Virus record (IMG/VR): IMGVR_UViG_3300025141_015556
DNA from: a virus
Reading direction: 5' to 3' (one strand)
Length of the DNA stretch: 64,000 nucleotides
In this document: positions 40,952 to 50,569 of the stretch, piece after piece
How positions within the stretch are numbered: the first letter of the stretch is position 1
Layout: every line of letters begins with the position of its first letter
The notes under the pieces: generated by a model
Database searches by the model: none
What the model saw: only the letters and a program-made list of their open reading frames with translations
What the model was told of the DNA's origin: nothing
Program-made: the position numbers and the translations under genes

Positions 40952-41889
40952 GGTTCTAGTTCTCCCTTTTCAAACTCATTATACCACGCATCTTTATTCA
41001 AATTAATAATTTTTGTCCCTAATAATTCAGCACTTTCATTCAATATCCTCATGTCGTTTTGTAAAAATTTACGATATGTTGTTTTCCAATGGCCTAAATT
41101 TCCGGGATTTACAACATACGACACGATGTTGTTCAATGGCAATCCGTATCCTAGAGAATAGTCTAAGTCAAGTCCCGAAACATACACTTTAGAAAACCCC
41201 ATCAAGAGTGCAAAATTAATTGCTAGGATTCCAACTGTATGTCCCGGCCCCATGTGCTGGTCGTGTCCTGAGATCTTTTGTAAGGTTTCTTGGATTGTGG
41301 TATCTAGTCGACCAGCACAACATTTATTATGAATATCAAAACCACCACCAATTCGGCCATGGATGTTTTTATACCAGTCTAAAAAATTCTCTACGTCGGG
41401 TTTTTGCCAAATTTGTGAATTGTTGCCGTAATCAAGAAAATTTAAATTTTTGTTTTCAATATAGTGATTCTTAAAATTACTAAGTATTTCTCTGCACGTG
41501 TGGCCCTTAAAATGTCTAGTATCATAGGGCAGATAATCATACTTTAAATTTTTTTCTACAAATTCTAGCTCTGTTAAATCGGCAGTGCGATTATATAACA
41601 AAGGAATATTGTATTTATTGAATATATCATGGGGATACCCACGTTGAGTCCATAGCGGATCATTCGATATAGAGGCTTTAATAGTAAATTCTCCATTTGA
41701 AACTACCCAATAATTTGGTTTTTCGTGGAACCAGTCAAACCATTCGTTAACTGAAATTCTCTTTGCCTTGTTCTCCTTTTGCAACTGTTCAATTTTTTCC
41801 CTATGATCGTTCAGGCTTGGGCCATGAAGAGCTACAATACAAATCTCCCCTTTGTGCTTACCGATTATATCTTCTAAATTAATTTTCAT
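40948..41889 (-). CDS. Maf/DUF115 (MptE-like) domain protein, putative nonulosonate transferase
   Basis: HKGEICIVALHGPSL and ALLMGFSKVYVSGLDLDY resemble the Maf motifs GPSL and MGFxxIYLxGxD; adjacent to neuB/neuA. Confidence 0.6.
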   Translation of the reverse strand: MKINLEDIIGKHKGEICIVALHGPSLNDHREKIEQLQKENKAKRISVNEWFDWFHEKPNYWVVSNGEFTIKASISNDPLWTQRGYPHDIFNKYNIPLLYNRTADLTELEFVEKNLKYDYLPYDTRHFKGHTCREILSNFKNHYIENKNLNFLDYGNNSQIWQKPDVENFLDWYKNIHGRIGGGFDIHNKCCAGRLDTTIQETLQKISGHDQHMGPGHTVGILAINFALLMGFSKVYVSGLDLDYSLGYGLPLNNIVSYVVNPGNLGHWKTTYRKFLQNDMRILNESAELLGTKIINLNKDAWYNEFEKGELEP

Positions 41890-41893
41890 CTTA

Positions 41894-42844
41894 TTACCAT
41901 TTGAAATTATTCTTATAGTGCTCTACTATGGATTTAAGCTCTTTGTCAAATGCTTTATTTGGGCGCCAGTCCAATAGTCTTAATTTACTATCATCCAGGG
42001 CATACCGCACGTCCTGGCCTTCTCGTCCCCAAGATAGATCAACATACTGTTCCCAATTATCGCCAACCCCATAATATTCCTTAATAATTTTTTTCACCGT
42101 ATCAATGTTTTTTTGTTCAAAGCCGCCGGCAACATTATAAATTTCATTTGTTTTCCCAGAGTCTATGATTTTAAGTACCGCTTCTGCGGTATCGTCAGCA
42201 TGAAGCCAATTTCTAATTGGAGTGCCATTGTTGTGTAAACGAATTTTTATTCCTCGATTAAAATTTTTAACCGCCAAGGGAATCAGCTTTTCTGGGTATT
42301 GGCCAATTCCGTAATTGTTGGTTGGACGTAAAATAATATATTCTAGATTATATGTCCGCGCCCACGCTAACACCAGCATGTCGCCAGCTGCCTTGGTGGC
42401 CGAGTAGGGATTACTAGGCTTAAGGCGATCGGTTTCAAAATGTTTGCCAGTCTCTATATCTCCATAAACTTCGTCTGTGCTAAAATGAAATAGAACCGGC
42501 CTCTTAGAAACATTATCTGGTTTATGGCGAATCAAATCTAATAGGTTTTTCACACCAGCTACATTGCTATTAATAAAGTCATCGCTCTCAACAATACTAT
42601 TTCCAACATGCGACTCGGCTGCAACATTAATAACGTAATCGCAATCATACAAGTGTTCTAAATCTTTAATATCAATCTTTTGAAATGCAAAATTTTTATA
42701 CTCTAAAAATTCTTTTAGTAGCGACATGTCGGCCACATAGGTTCCTTTATCAATCCCGTAAACTTGCCAGCCATGTTCCAGACATTTCCGAGTAACATAG
42801 GATCCTATGAATCCCAAACATCCGGTTACGTAAACTATTTTCAT
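41894..42844 (-). CDS. rmlB: dTDP-glucose 4,6-dehydratase family
   Basis: TGCLGFIGS, AAESHV, STDEVYGD, PSNPYSATKA, NNYG..QYPEKLIP, R.GQD.RYA. Confidence 0.88.
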   Translation of the reverse strand: MKIVYVTGCLGFIGSYVTRKCLEHGWQVYGIDKGTYVADMSLLKEFLEYKNFAFQKIDIKDLEHLYDCDYVINVAAESHVGNSIVESDDFINSNVAGVKNLLDLIRHKPDNVSKRPVLFHFSTDEVYGDIETGKHFETDRLKPSNPYSATKAAGDMLVLAWARTYNLEYIILRPTNNYGIGQYPEKLIPLAVKNFNRGIKIRLHNNGTPIRNWLHADDTAEAVLKIIDSGKTNEIYNVAGGFEQKNIDTVKKIIKEYYGVGDNWEQYVDLSWGREGQDVRYALDDSKLRLLDWRPNKAFDKELKSIVEHYKNNFKW

Positions 42845-44172
42845 ACCGGGCCCCTCGCCATGAATTTATCAACCACTGACTCAATATAATTAATTTTTTC
42901 CGTAGTAATCACGGGGCTGCAGCCCAAAAAAAAGGTATCTGTTGTTACTTTTCTTGCTACCGGATAATTTGAAATTATTTCGTTTGTTGGCATATATTCA
43001 GAATAAGCCGGCTGCAGCATTACATTACCAGCAAAATAAGGCCGTGTTTGTATCTTGTGGTTCTCTAAAAACATACAAAAGTCAGATCGACTAAATAGAG
43101 AATTGTCTTTTATAGTTAATGCATATGCAAACCAATCTGGATCTGCTTTTGGGGTTGTTTTTGGTAAATGAAAATACTCTTCGTATTTCTGAAATATGCG
43201 ATTTAGTGCTGCGTGGTTTTTCCTACGCAAAGTGCCTATCTCTTTTAATTTCTTCATTTGTGCTAAACCAATCGCTGCCTGCAATTCAATTGGTTTCAAA
43301 TTATATCCTATTTCTGAATATACATACTTATGATCAAAAGTGTGGTCGGGGAGTGCCGGGAGCCACGAAGAAAATCTCTTCCCGCATGTTCCCTTCGCAG
43401 CAAGGTTGGCCTTTCCAACACAATAGCATGCGCGACCCCACTCTCTAAAGCTTCTTACAACGCGCTCTTGTTCTGGTGTATTGGTCGCCACAAAGCCCCC
43501 CTCGCCTATCGTAATATGGTGAGCGGGATAAAAAGAGCAACTGGCCATGGCGCCAAAAGAACCCAAAGGAAGACCATCATAATAAGATCCCAGAGCATCA
43601 CAACAATCCTCAAGCAAAATTAAATTATACTTTCGAACCAAATCCATAAGTTTGTACATATTTGGAGGATTTCCTAGAACATGCGCGAAGGTAATAACTT
43701 TGATATCATGTTCTTGAAGCGCCGCCTCCGCCAGTTCGAGGTCTATATTCATTGTATCTAATTCAATATCAACAAAAACTGGCTCAAACCCTACCTGAAA
43801 TATCGGATTTATAGTTGTTGGAAATCCCGCTACGGGCGTTAATACTTTCGTTCCAGCAGGCAGGTTGTAAAGATTTTTAGACTTTAGAGCGCTCATCATT
43901 AACAGGTTTGCACTAGATCCACTATTTGTTAGCAGCCCGAAGCTTTTACCGAGCTTCTTCGGAAATGATTTTTCAAACTCAATGGCCCGGGCGCCCAGAA
44001 CAAGCCAGCCATCTAAAAGCGACTTTATTGCGTTTTTATATTCTGCAGAGTCAAAATAAGGGCCCGCATATTTAATCCATCTGCCGGGCGCCCACTCTTC
44101 TTCCATATGATCATTAACATAATCCTCAACCAAATTGAGAATATTTTGAAGATCTTCTTTTTTCTTAGACAC
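42841..44172 (-). CDS. rfbH: CDP-4-keto-6-deoxyglucose 3-dehydrase (E1, DdhC/RfbH)
   Basis: NSGSSANLL, AGFPTTINP, FAHVLGNP, EDCCDALG, SFYPAHHITIGEGG, WGRACYC...TCGKRF, DHKYVYSEIGYNLK. Confidence 0.88.
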   Translation of the reverse strand: MSKKKEDLQNILNLVEDYVNDHMEEEWAPGRWIKYAGPYFDSAEYKNAIKSLLDGWLVLGARAIEFEKSFPKKLGKSFGLLTNSGSSANLLMMSALKSKNLYNLPAGTKVLTPVAGFPTTINPIFQVGFEPVFVDIELDTMNIDLELAEAALQEHDIKVITFAHVLGNPPNMYKLMDLVRKYNLILLEDCCDALGSYYDGLPLGSFGAMASCSFYPAHHITIGEGGFVATNTPEQERVVRSFREWGRACYCVGKANLAAKGTCGKRFSSWLPALPDHTFDHKYVYSEIGYNLKPIELQAAIGLAQMKKLKEIGTLRRKNHAALNRIFQKYEEYFHLPKTTPKADPDWFAYALTIKDNSLFSRSDFCMFLENHKIQTRPYFAGNVMLQPAYSEYMPTNEIISNYPVARKVTTDTFFLGCSPVITTEKINYIESVVDKFMARGPV

Positions 44173-44674
44173 TTTTTTCTCTTTTTACTAAATTGTAAAC
44201 CAATTCAGCAGGAATTCTATCGCCATCTATCGTAAAGCTTCTTCGAATCCCGTCATAAAAACAGGATTCAATAACCGCTCTTGCCGCTGTGTCAACCGTT
44301 ATAAGCTCCATTTCTCCATATGGTGTTGCCTCGCCCTTTTGAAATTTCTCGATTATTCCATTGCCGACAAATGTAGGAAATCTTATAACTAATGAATCTT
44401 TACAGTGCAAAAGAACGTATGCTTCGGCTAATTGTTTGTAACGAGTATACCATGTTTCTCTTTGAGATTTTGTAGAGACAAAAATTATTTTTTGTGCGCT
44501 ATGCTCATCGACAAAACTTTGAAGCTTTTTATATTCTTTTTTTTGTTCTTCTTCGGTTTTATTTTGGACACTCCAGGTATGATAAACATATACCTCTTCA
44601 TTTGTTTGTCGGCCCCCCACATATTTTTTTAATTGTTGGCCCAGTTGCCCCCTGCCGTTAACTAGGTGTATCAT
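44165..44674 (-). CDS. Minimal RmlD-like NAD(P)-dependent reductase (169 aa)
   Basis: GRGQLG Rossmann motif, IIFVST, YTRYK (YxxxK). Confidence 0.55.
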   Translation of the reverse strand: MIHLVNGRGQLGQQLKKYVGGRQTNEEVYVYHTWSVQNKTEEEQKKEYKKLQSFVDEHSAQKIIFVSTKSQRETWYTRYKQLAEAYVLLHCKDSLVIRFPTFVGNGIIEKFQKGEATPYGEMELITVDTAARAVIESCFYDGIRRSFTIDGDRIPAELVYNLVKREKSV

Positions 44675-44676
44675 TT

Positions 44677-45438
44677 TTAAAGCTTTTCGAGAGGGTTGTA
44701 GGTGGGCATATTGCGTATCGTTATTTCAGTTTGAAGCTGCAAGTGCCTTTCTACTTTATCTACATTTAATGGGTTGGCTCTATTATAAACATACAATATA
44801 TCCGAAATGAAGTGGCTTTTTTTACCGGCTAATTCAATTAATGGGAACATCCAAGCCAAATCCCAAGCAAAAGGAAGGTGATGATCTTTGTCAGACTTGT
44901 TTGGCTCTTTAAACGATTTTTCTTGATCAATGTGTTTCCATAGTCCATATTTAAACGTTTGCAGATGGCTAGTCATCCATTGTGCGGTTCTTATTGAATT
45001 ATTGTCAATTATATGATCGGGTAGCTTAATGGAAAATTTACCACGCACATTGTGAGGATATTCAATATAGCTCCCATAGGTTACCCAACAGTCGGTTTCA
45101 TTATAGTTTTTATTTAAAATTGTAAAAACATCTGGTCTGGCTAACCAATCATCTCCATGTAATATAAGAATAACGTCTGAATCTTCGGGATCAAATTCTT
45201 TAATCGTATCGCACAAATTTCTTAATGCATATTTTTTTTCTGTATTTTTGATTAGCCTAAATCTTGGATCACCAGAAATTTCTTGTTCCACGAGTTGTGT
45301 TGACGTATCCGTTGATATGTCGTCTATTAAGATACACTCATAATGTTCATAATCCTGCCTTTTTACACTCCTGATGGTTCGTAAAATCCACTCTTCTGCA
45401 TTATAAAACGGGATAAAAACCTTGAAATTGTTATCCAT
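44677..45438 (-). CDS. Glycosyltransferase family 2
   Basis: IPFYNAEEWI...SV..Q, IDDISTD, GDDWL. Confidence 0.88.
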   Translation of the reverse strand: MDNNFKVFIPFYNAEEWILRTIRSVKRQDYEHYECILIDDISTDTSTQLVEQEISGDPRFRLIKNTEKKYALRNLCDTIKEFDPEDSDVILILHGDDWLARPDVFTILNKNYNETDCWVTYGSYIEYPHNVRGKFSIKLPDHIIDNNSIRTAQWMTSHLQTFKYGLWKHIDQEKSFKEPNKSDKDHHLPFAWDLAWMFPLIELAGKKSHFISDILYVYNRANPLNVDKVERHLQLQTEITIRNMPTYNPLEKL

Positions 45439-46279
45439 TTAATAGTTCCATAACGGTTGATGGAATTTCTTTTCTTTTCATTCTCATGATATCGATGAGT
45501 GCGCTGCCCTTAAATTTAAACCAATCCTCTTGAGAGGCGCCCAGTCTTTTATTGGTAATGGTCTTCATACCCATCATTCTTGCTTCACATACGATTCGAG
45601 ACAGGGTTTCGGGGGTTTTGGGAAAAAATACCAAACCGTAATTAGTTCCAAGGCGCCTCAAAAAATCTAAATATGGCAAAGTAGGAATAAGTTCATAATC
45701 TAGCTTTTTAACTTCACAAAATCTTATTGCATCTGTTGTATTTTTATGGTAAATATGAGAATGCATAATTGAAAATTTTAATAATTTCTCTTTTGTGCTC
45801 ATCTCTTTTAAAAACTCTAGTACTTCTTCTGACCACAAATTACCACCAACGCTTATAATATTGTCTAAATTAAGATTTTTTTCTACTATTTCTTTATGAA
45901 AAGTAGATTGGCATATTACCGCTACTGCGTTTTTATAAAAATCAAAATTAACTATTTGATCTTTGGGTGCCATATAGTCATCATATTCACCAGGATTTCT
46001 ATTCAATAAATATTTATGATCATGCTCATATACTATATACTTATAATTTTCTTGTATTCTCTGTTTTGAGCCCTCACTTAAATTAATATAATTGCCAATT
46101 ATGAAATGCTTATAGCCAACTTTATCAAAATGATCAAACGCCTCATCATTACAATCAACACTTTTAATTTTTAATATGTTGTGTTCTTCGGACAATATCT
46201 GAATAAGCTCTTCGTTATTCAGTTCTCCGCCGCCGCCGACCTCGTTAGAAAAAAAATCAGCAATAAATCCAATATTCAT
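45431..46279 (-). CDS. GT-B glycosyltransferase-like protein
   Basis: GGGELNN, EHDHKY, FFPKTPETLSRIVCEARMMG (ExxxxxxxE). Confidence 0.7.
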   Translation of the reverse strand: MNIGFIADFFSNEVGGGGELNNEELIQILSEEHNILKIKSVDCNDEAFDHFDKVGYKHFIIGNYINLSEGSKQRIQENYKYIVYEHDHKYLLNRNPGEYDDYMAPKDQIVNFDFYKNAVAVICQSTFHKEIVEKNLNLDNIISVGGNLWSEEVLEFLKEMSTKEKLLKFSIMHSHIYHKNTTDAIRFCEVKKLDYELIPTLPYLDFLRRLGTNYGLVFFPKTPETLSRIVCEARMMGMKTITNKRLGASQEDWFKFKGSALIDIMRMKRKEIPSTVMELLNG

Positions 46280-47577
46280 TATTCATGTTCCTCGGCATTT
46301 AAATCTTCTAGCCACCCCTCTAAATCCAACACTTCGTTAATTTGATCTATGGGGCCCCACGAATCTTCAGGCCAAAAAGCCTCTAAAAATTCTTGATATT
46401 GGTCTTCTTTATCAAAATTCTTTAATATATGTTTTTGCAATCTTTTTGCACTTGAGCGATATCTATCTGTATTAATATACACATCACGTAGCTGTTTTTT
46501 ATAGCTTTTTTCATCGGCATATGCCCACATAGACTCTTTTTGTATCACCCCTTCCCACACGGCTTCAGGAGGGACGGGTTGTAGTTGATAGTCAACCTTC
46601 GAAATCATCGGGCGCATTTTACCTTTCTTATTTGGAGCATAAATAAAATCAGCCTGTCCAGACCAAGAAATGGTTATTAGTGGTAATCCGTTACATGCCC
46701 CCTCGAACAAAGGAAGCCCAAACCCCTCCCCATGGCCAATGTTGATCAGCGCACATATTTGTGGGTGATTATATAGCCATGCTAAATTGCCTTCACTCAC
46801 GGTACCGTGCAAAAGATATATCTTACATTTCCTATCCGGATACTTCCCTACAAAATATTCTAACTTCTCGCGAGTCGTTTTTCTATCTATCATATTATCG
46901 CTAGCTGTATTGGTCTTTACAATCAACCCCACCTCATCATCATGAAATTCTTCAATAAACCAATTAATAGTATTAGTTAAATTTTTACGAGGGCCCCATT
47001 GGGACACCGTAATAAAGTTTTTTTCATAATCAAGTTTTAAATCATCAAGCGGAACGGGATTATATTTTCTAACCGCATAATTAACAGAATTAATGGGCGT
47101 TGTCAGGTGATAATCTTCTATAACTTCTCCTGTTTCGTTATTCGTCGCAGAGCAAATTGTTCTTTGATATACGTCTTTAGAGTGTTCAGAAACTACAATA
47201 ATTTTATCCATCTCGTTTCCTTTTCCTAACCAAATGGGAGCAGCCATGGTTGTTTCTATGCCGGCAGTAAATCCTATATTAACAGGCGCCATTTTTTCCC
47301 ACTCGTTGGGTATAGTAACCTGCAGGCTCGCATCAAATTGTCCCTTTTGGTGCAAATACATATTGGTTTTTGCCAATAAGGCTTCCATCCATTTTCTCTC
47401 TTCATCAATCTTAATAATACAGCCGGTTTGCCCCCAAGGAATATTGATCAAATATAAATCTAAAATATCTTCTCTTTGTCGAAGCGCTCGGAGAGCAAAT
47501 CTTGTCTGTTCGCCATAACCGGATCTAGAAAACGCCGGGGCGCGAATTATAACTTTTTTACGTGCATCTATGCTCAT
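46279..47577 (-). CDS. Glycosyltransferase family 4
   Basis: SGYG, RKN, HGEGFGLPLFEGACNGLP. Confidence 0.85.
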   Translation of the reverse strand: MSIDARKKVIIRAPAFSRSGYGEQTRFALRALRQREDILDLYLINIPWGQTGCIIKIDEERKWMEALLAKTNMYLHQKGQFDASLQVTIPNEWEKMAPVNIGFTAGIETTMAAPIWLGKGNEMDKIIVVSEHSKDVYQRTICSATNNETGEVIEDYHLTTPINSVNYAVRKYNPVPLDDLKLDYEKNFITVSQWGPRKNLTNTINWFIEEFHDDEVGLIVKTNTASDNMIDRKTTREKLEYFVGKYPDRKCKIYLLHGTVSEGNLAWLYNHPQICALINIGHGEGFGLPLFEGACNGLPLITISWSGQADFIYAPNKKGKMRPMISKVDYQLQPVPPEAVWEGVIQKESMWAYADEKSYKKQLRDVYINTDRYRSSAKRLQKHILKNFDKEDQYQEFLEAFWPEDSWGPIDQINEVLDLEGWLEDLNAEEHE

Positions 47578-48887
47578 GCGATCTCTCCAAATTCATATGA
47601 TTTATAATTTTTTCTATTTTCCCAAGATCCACATTCTTCATAAGTCGTGGTAAAAATATGATCCCATGCCTTTATATAATTTTCAAATCCATAATTATCT
47701 ATTACATGCTGGCGGCCGGCGGCGCCGAGAAGGGCCCTCTCTTCAGGAGACATATTATAAATTTTTAACAGCCCATCAACAAATTGCTCTCTAGAAATCC
47801 TATCTTCATAAATATAAGGCACCTCTTGTGACCCAATAACCGCTTTGGAAGACGGCTCGATTCCTACACCATATTCATATAATGTAACTGGTTCTGCTTT
47901 TTGAGCCCTTTCAAGCAATAAATTATGAGAAATTGAATCAGTCTTTGTTACCTGTTCTTGCAACCCTCCCGTCATTGTTACCACAATCGGCGTCTCACAA
48001 GACAGTGATTCTAACGTTGCTAAGCCAAATCCCTCAGCATCTGCTATATTAATGGTACAATCGGCCAGATTATATAATTTAGCCAAATCTTCTGGGGGCA
48101 TCTTGTGCCTAGAAAATTTTAATTGCCCTTCATTAAGATGTAAATGGAACATGAGCTGGTCTAAATCTTGACCATGTTGATCTTTGGTTTCGGTGTGCAT
48201 AACCAGTTGGGCCTTATCGTGCCCCACAATATCTAAAAATTCTTTAAACCACCATATAACGCTACCAGATTGCTTTCTTCGTGCGTTTCTATTGTTCCAA
48301 AAGACTATAAAAGTCTCCGGATCGTTTGAATTCTGTTCCCGAAGATCGTCCATCTCTGAACCTTTGATTTTCTTAAATATTTCAGTGTTCACCGCGTGTG
48401 GAATATAGCTACTTTTAACTTCGGGAGCAATTTCACTAAGCACGTCGTGCGTTAGTTTTGATATGCAGGCAACATAATCATTTGATAAATAAGCCCCTTT
48501 ATTATACTCTGGATAAGGATAATTATCCCAAACATGATAATATATCATTGGTAGGTGGGCCCTAATTTCATTTTCAATGTCCCACAGCCATCCATAAAAT
48601 CTTGGGTCTGTCATGAACCAAAGAATGTCAGGCTTATGTACGTGGATTAAAGAGCGTATCTGATCTTGGGTTCCATAGCCATCAACGGGAAATATTATCC
48701 AGTCATCACCAAAGCCTTCAACTTTGGTTGGATTATAATCTGTATGTTTAATGGCGCCACCAAGAGAAATAAATTCATATCGGCCGGTCTTAAGCATTCC
48801 TTCAATAATATATTTAGTTTGCGTCCCAACCCCAGAAGGAGAAAGGGGATGATCGCTTAGTGTCAAAACTTTAATTTTTTTTGTCAT
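47574..48887 (-). CDS. Glycosyltransferase family 4
   Basis: SGVG, NRNARRK, AEGFGLATLESLSCETP, TGGLQEQ. Confidence 0.88.
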   Translation of the reverse strand: MTKKIKVLTLSDHPLSPSGVGTQTKYIIEGMLKTGRYEFISLGGAIKHTDYNPTKVEGFGDDWIIFPVDGYGTQDQIRSLIHVHKPDILWFMTDPRFYGWLWDIENEIRAHLPMIYYHVWDNYPYPEYNKGAYLSNDYVACISKLTHDVLSEIAPEVKSSYIPHAVNTEIFKKIKGSEMDDLREQNSNDPETFIVFWNNRNARRKQSGSVIWWFKEFLDIVGHDKAQLVMHTETKDQHGQDLDQLMFHLHLNEGQLKFSRHKMPPEDLAKLYNLADCTINIADAEGFGLATLESLSCETPIVVTMTGGLQEQVTKTDSISHNLLLERAQKAEPVTLYEYGVGIEPSSKAVIGSQEVPYIYEDRISREQFVDGLLKIYNMSPEERALLGAAGRQHVIDNYGFENYIKAWDHIFTTTYEECGSWENRKNYKSYEFGEIA

Positions 48888-48895
48888 GTTACTCC

Positions 48896-49654
48896 CTATG
48901 GACAGTGTTTTGTTTTATGAAAAATACATCTATCACACGATGTGCGTTTTTTTATGTAGCGCTTGTTTTTAATATTGTAAATCGCCATAGTTAAAAGTTT
49001 AAGTGCATTTTTTGTTTTTCTTGGACCACTAGTGACCCGAAAAATCTCTACTTTATCTTTTTTGGCTGTTCTTTTTAGTAATGCAAAATGGGTCTCTACC
49101 TGAGATGGGTCTATATTATGCTTTTTACAAAAAAAGTGCTTATATAAGGTAAGTTGATATGTGACGATTCGGTCGGCTCTCCGACGGGCATCCCACCCCC
49201 AAGAGGTTGATTTCCAATCGATAACATGATATTTGCCATCTTCTGTTTTAATTACCGCATCAATAAATCCTTTAAAATTAAGCTCTTCGTCGATTGGAAC
49301 CATCAGCTTTTCTTCGCTGGAAATAATATCATATTTAGTAAAATATTTCTTAAGGGCTGGCATTATTTCCGGGATTAGAGCGATGCCTTGAGGTACCATC
49401 TCTACAGCCCTCTTAAGGTTAAATTCGACTTTACCCTCTTCTAAAATTTTGAGTCGTTTTTTAAACTCCTGGACAAAAAAGCTATCATCCACAGCCTCTT
49501 TAAGTAACTTTTTCTCACAAACTTCATGAATAGCACTTCCAAAAGCGGTATATTCATTGCCTTTAAATGCTTCTAATTTATCAATATATACAAGCTTATG
49601 ATAAAAAGGACAAAATTGCCAGTTTTTCAACTCTGAATATGATATATGTGGCAT
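48896..49654 (-). CDS. Cas4/AddB-like PD-(D/E)XK exonuclease with Fe-S cysteines
   Basis: ISYS....W..CP, GSAIH, GFIDAV, IDWKS, QLTLY, C-terminal CDRC......CP. Confidence 0.85.
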   Translation of the reverse strand: MPHISYSELKNWQFCPFYHKLVYIDKLEAFKGNEYTAFGSAIHEVCEKKLLKEAVDDSFFVQEFKKRLKILEEGKVEFNLKRAVEMVPQGIALIPEIMPALKKYFTKYDIISSEEKLMVPIDEELNFKGFIDAVIKTEDGKYHVIDWKSTSWGWDARRRADRIVTYQLTLYKHFFCKKHNIDPSQVETHFALLKRTAKKDKVEIFRVTSGPRKTKNALKLLTMAIYNIKNKRYIKKRTSCDRCIFHKTKHCP

Positions 49655-50325
49655 TATTCCTCCCTTTCAAAGTGTAACTTCTCTATAATTTGATACAGCG
49701 CGGGGCTTATCTGTGCAACAGTTTGGGGCCCATCAAGATAATATTTTTCAAGCCCATTGGCAAAGTATTCCCGCAGAGAGGTGGCGCCATATGGAGACAA
49801 AAACAAACCGATCGTCAGTGCTAATAAAACTGGATATCCCACTGTTTCCGACAGAAACATATCAAATTCATCGGTATAATCAACAATTAAATAATATTTT
49901 TCTGGGAATTCATACCCTGAACGGTCCAACACTTCCTTTAGTTTTAGGCGCTTTGCCAGAAATTCTTTCTCTAATTTTAGAGTATAAATAGCGCCGCTGT
50001 GGCGCTCCTCTAGTGAGTGCGCCAGTTCGTGTACTATATTCTCCAACATATCATAAACTGTTGGTTCTCTATTTGTCACATAGATTGCACCATCAACATA
50101 CAGCGCATTTTTGTCTTCTAGGTTTGGAAATTCCCCTACATAGATTATTTCTACATCTTCCAATAAATGACCAGGCACTATATCTTTAAATTGAGTAATA
50201 AAATCCCCTATATCCCACTCGTTCGATTCCAAAGAATCTTTAATAACAATTGGAACTCCATAAACAGAGTGTTCTACTCTACTTTTTTCTTGATTTTTTA
50301 TGTATTCAAGCAGGGTCTTGTTCAT
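49654..50325 (-). CDS. Putative zinc metallopeptidase (HExxH...E, gluzincin-like)
   Basis: VHELAHSLE and downstream SLREYFA. Confidence 0.55.
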   Translation of the reverse strand: MNKTLLEYIKNQEKSRVEHSVYGVPIVIKDSLESNEWDIGDFITQFKDIVPGHLLEDVEIIYVGEFPNLEDKNALYVDGAIYVTNREPTVYDMLENIVHELAHSLEERHSGAIYTLKLEKEFLAKRLKLKEVLDRSGYEFPEKYYLIVDYTDEFDMFLSETVGYPVLLALTIGLFLSPYGATSLREYFANGLEKYYLDGPQTVAQISPALYQIIEKLHFEREE

Positions 50326-50566
50326 CTTTCATTTTTTCATGAGTCTCTATATCAATAAACGCCTGTTGGTATCCTCGCAAAAAATTTTCTTGCGCAATAA
50401 CAAACAAAAATTCCGGAAAATCGCGAGCAAAAACCTCAACAATCATTTCTACAGTAACCTCGCCATTTTCAGGATCATAGTTTTCTCCGACATGGTTTAC
50501 TATAAGCTCTTTTAATTCATTTTCTTTTTCTACTTTTTTCTTTAAAATAGTATTTTCTTCTTCCAT
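50306..50566 (-). CDS. Hypothetical phage protein
   Basis: 86-aa ORF (FPEFL..IAQENFLRGYQQA). Confidence 0.6.
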   Translation of the reverse strand: MEEENTILKKKVEKENELKELIVNHVGENYDPENGEVTVEMIVEVFARDFPEFLFVIAQENFLRGYQQAFIDIETHEKMKDEQDPA

Positions 50567-50569
50567 AGT

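Noticed and set aside
23179-48887. Bacterial O-antigen/capsule locus, i.e. the window is a bacterial chromosome
   Set aside because: Flanked by baseplate, gp55-like sigma and other phage-type genes; no housekeeping genes, exporters or polymerases; continuous single-strand gene packing.
48896-49654. CRISPR-Cas system suggested by the Cas4-like gene
   Set aside because: No repeat-spacer array or other cas genes seen; solo Cas4-like nucleases are common in phages.
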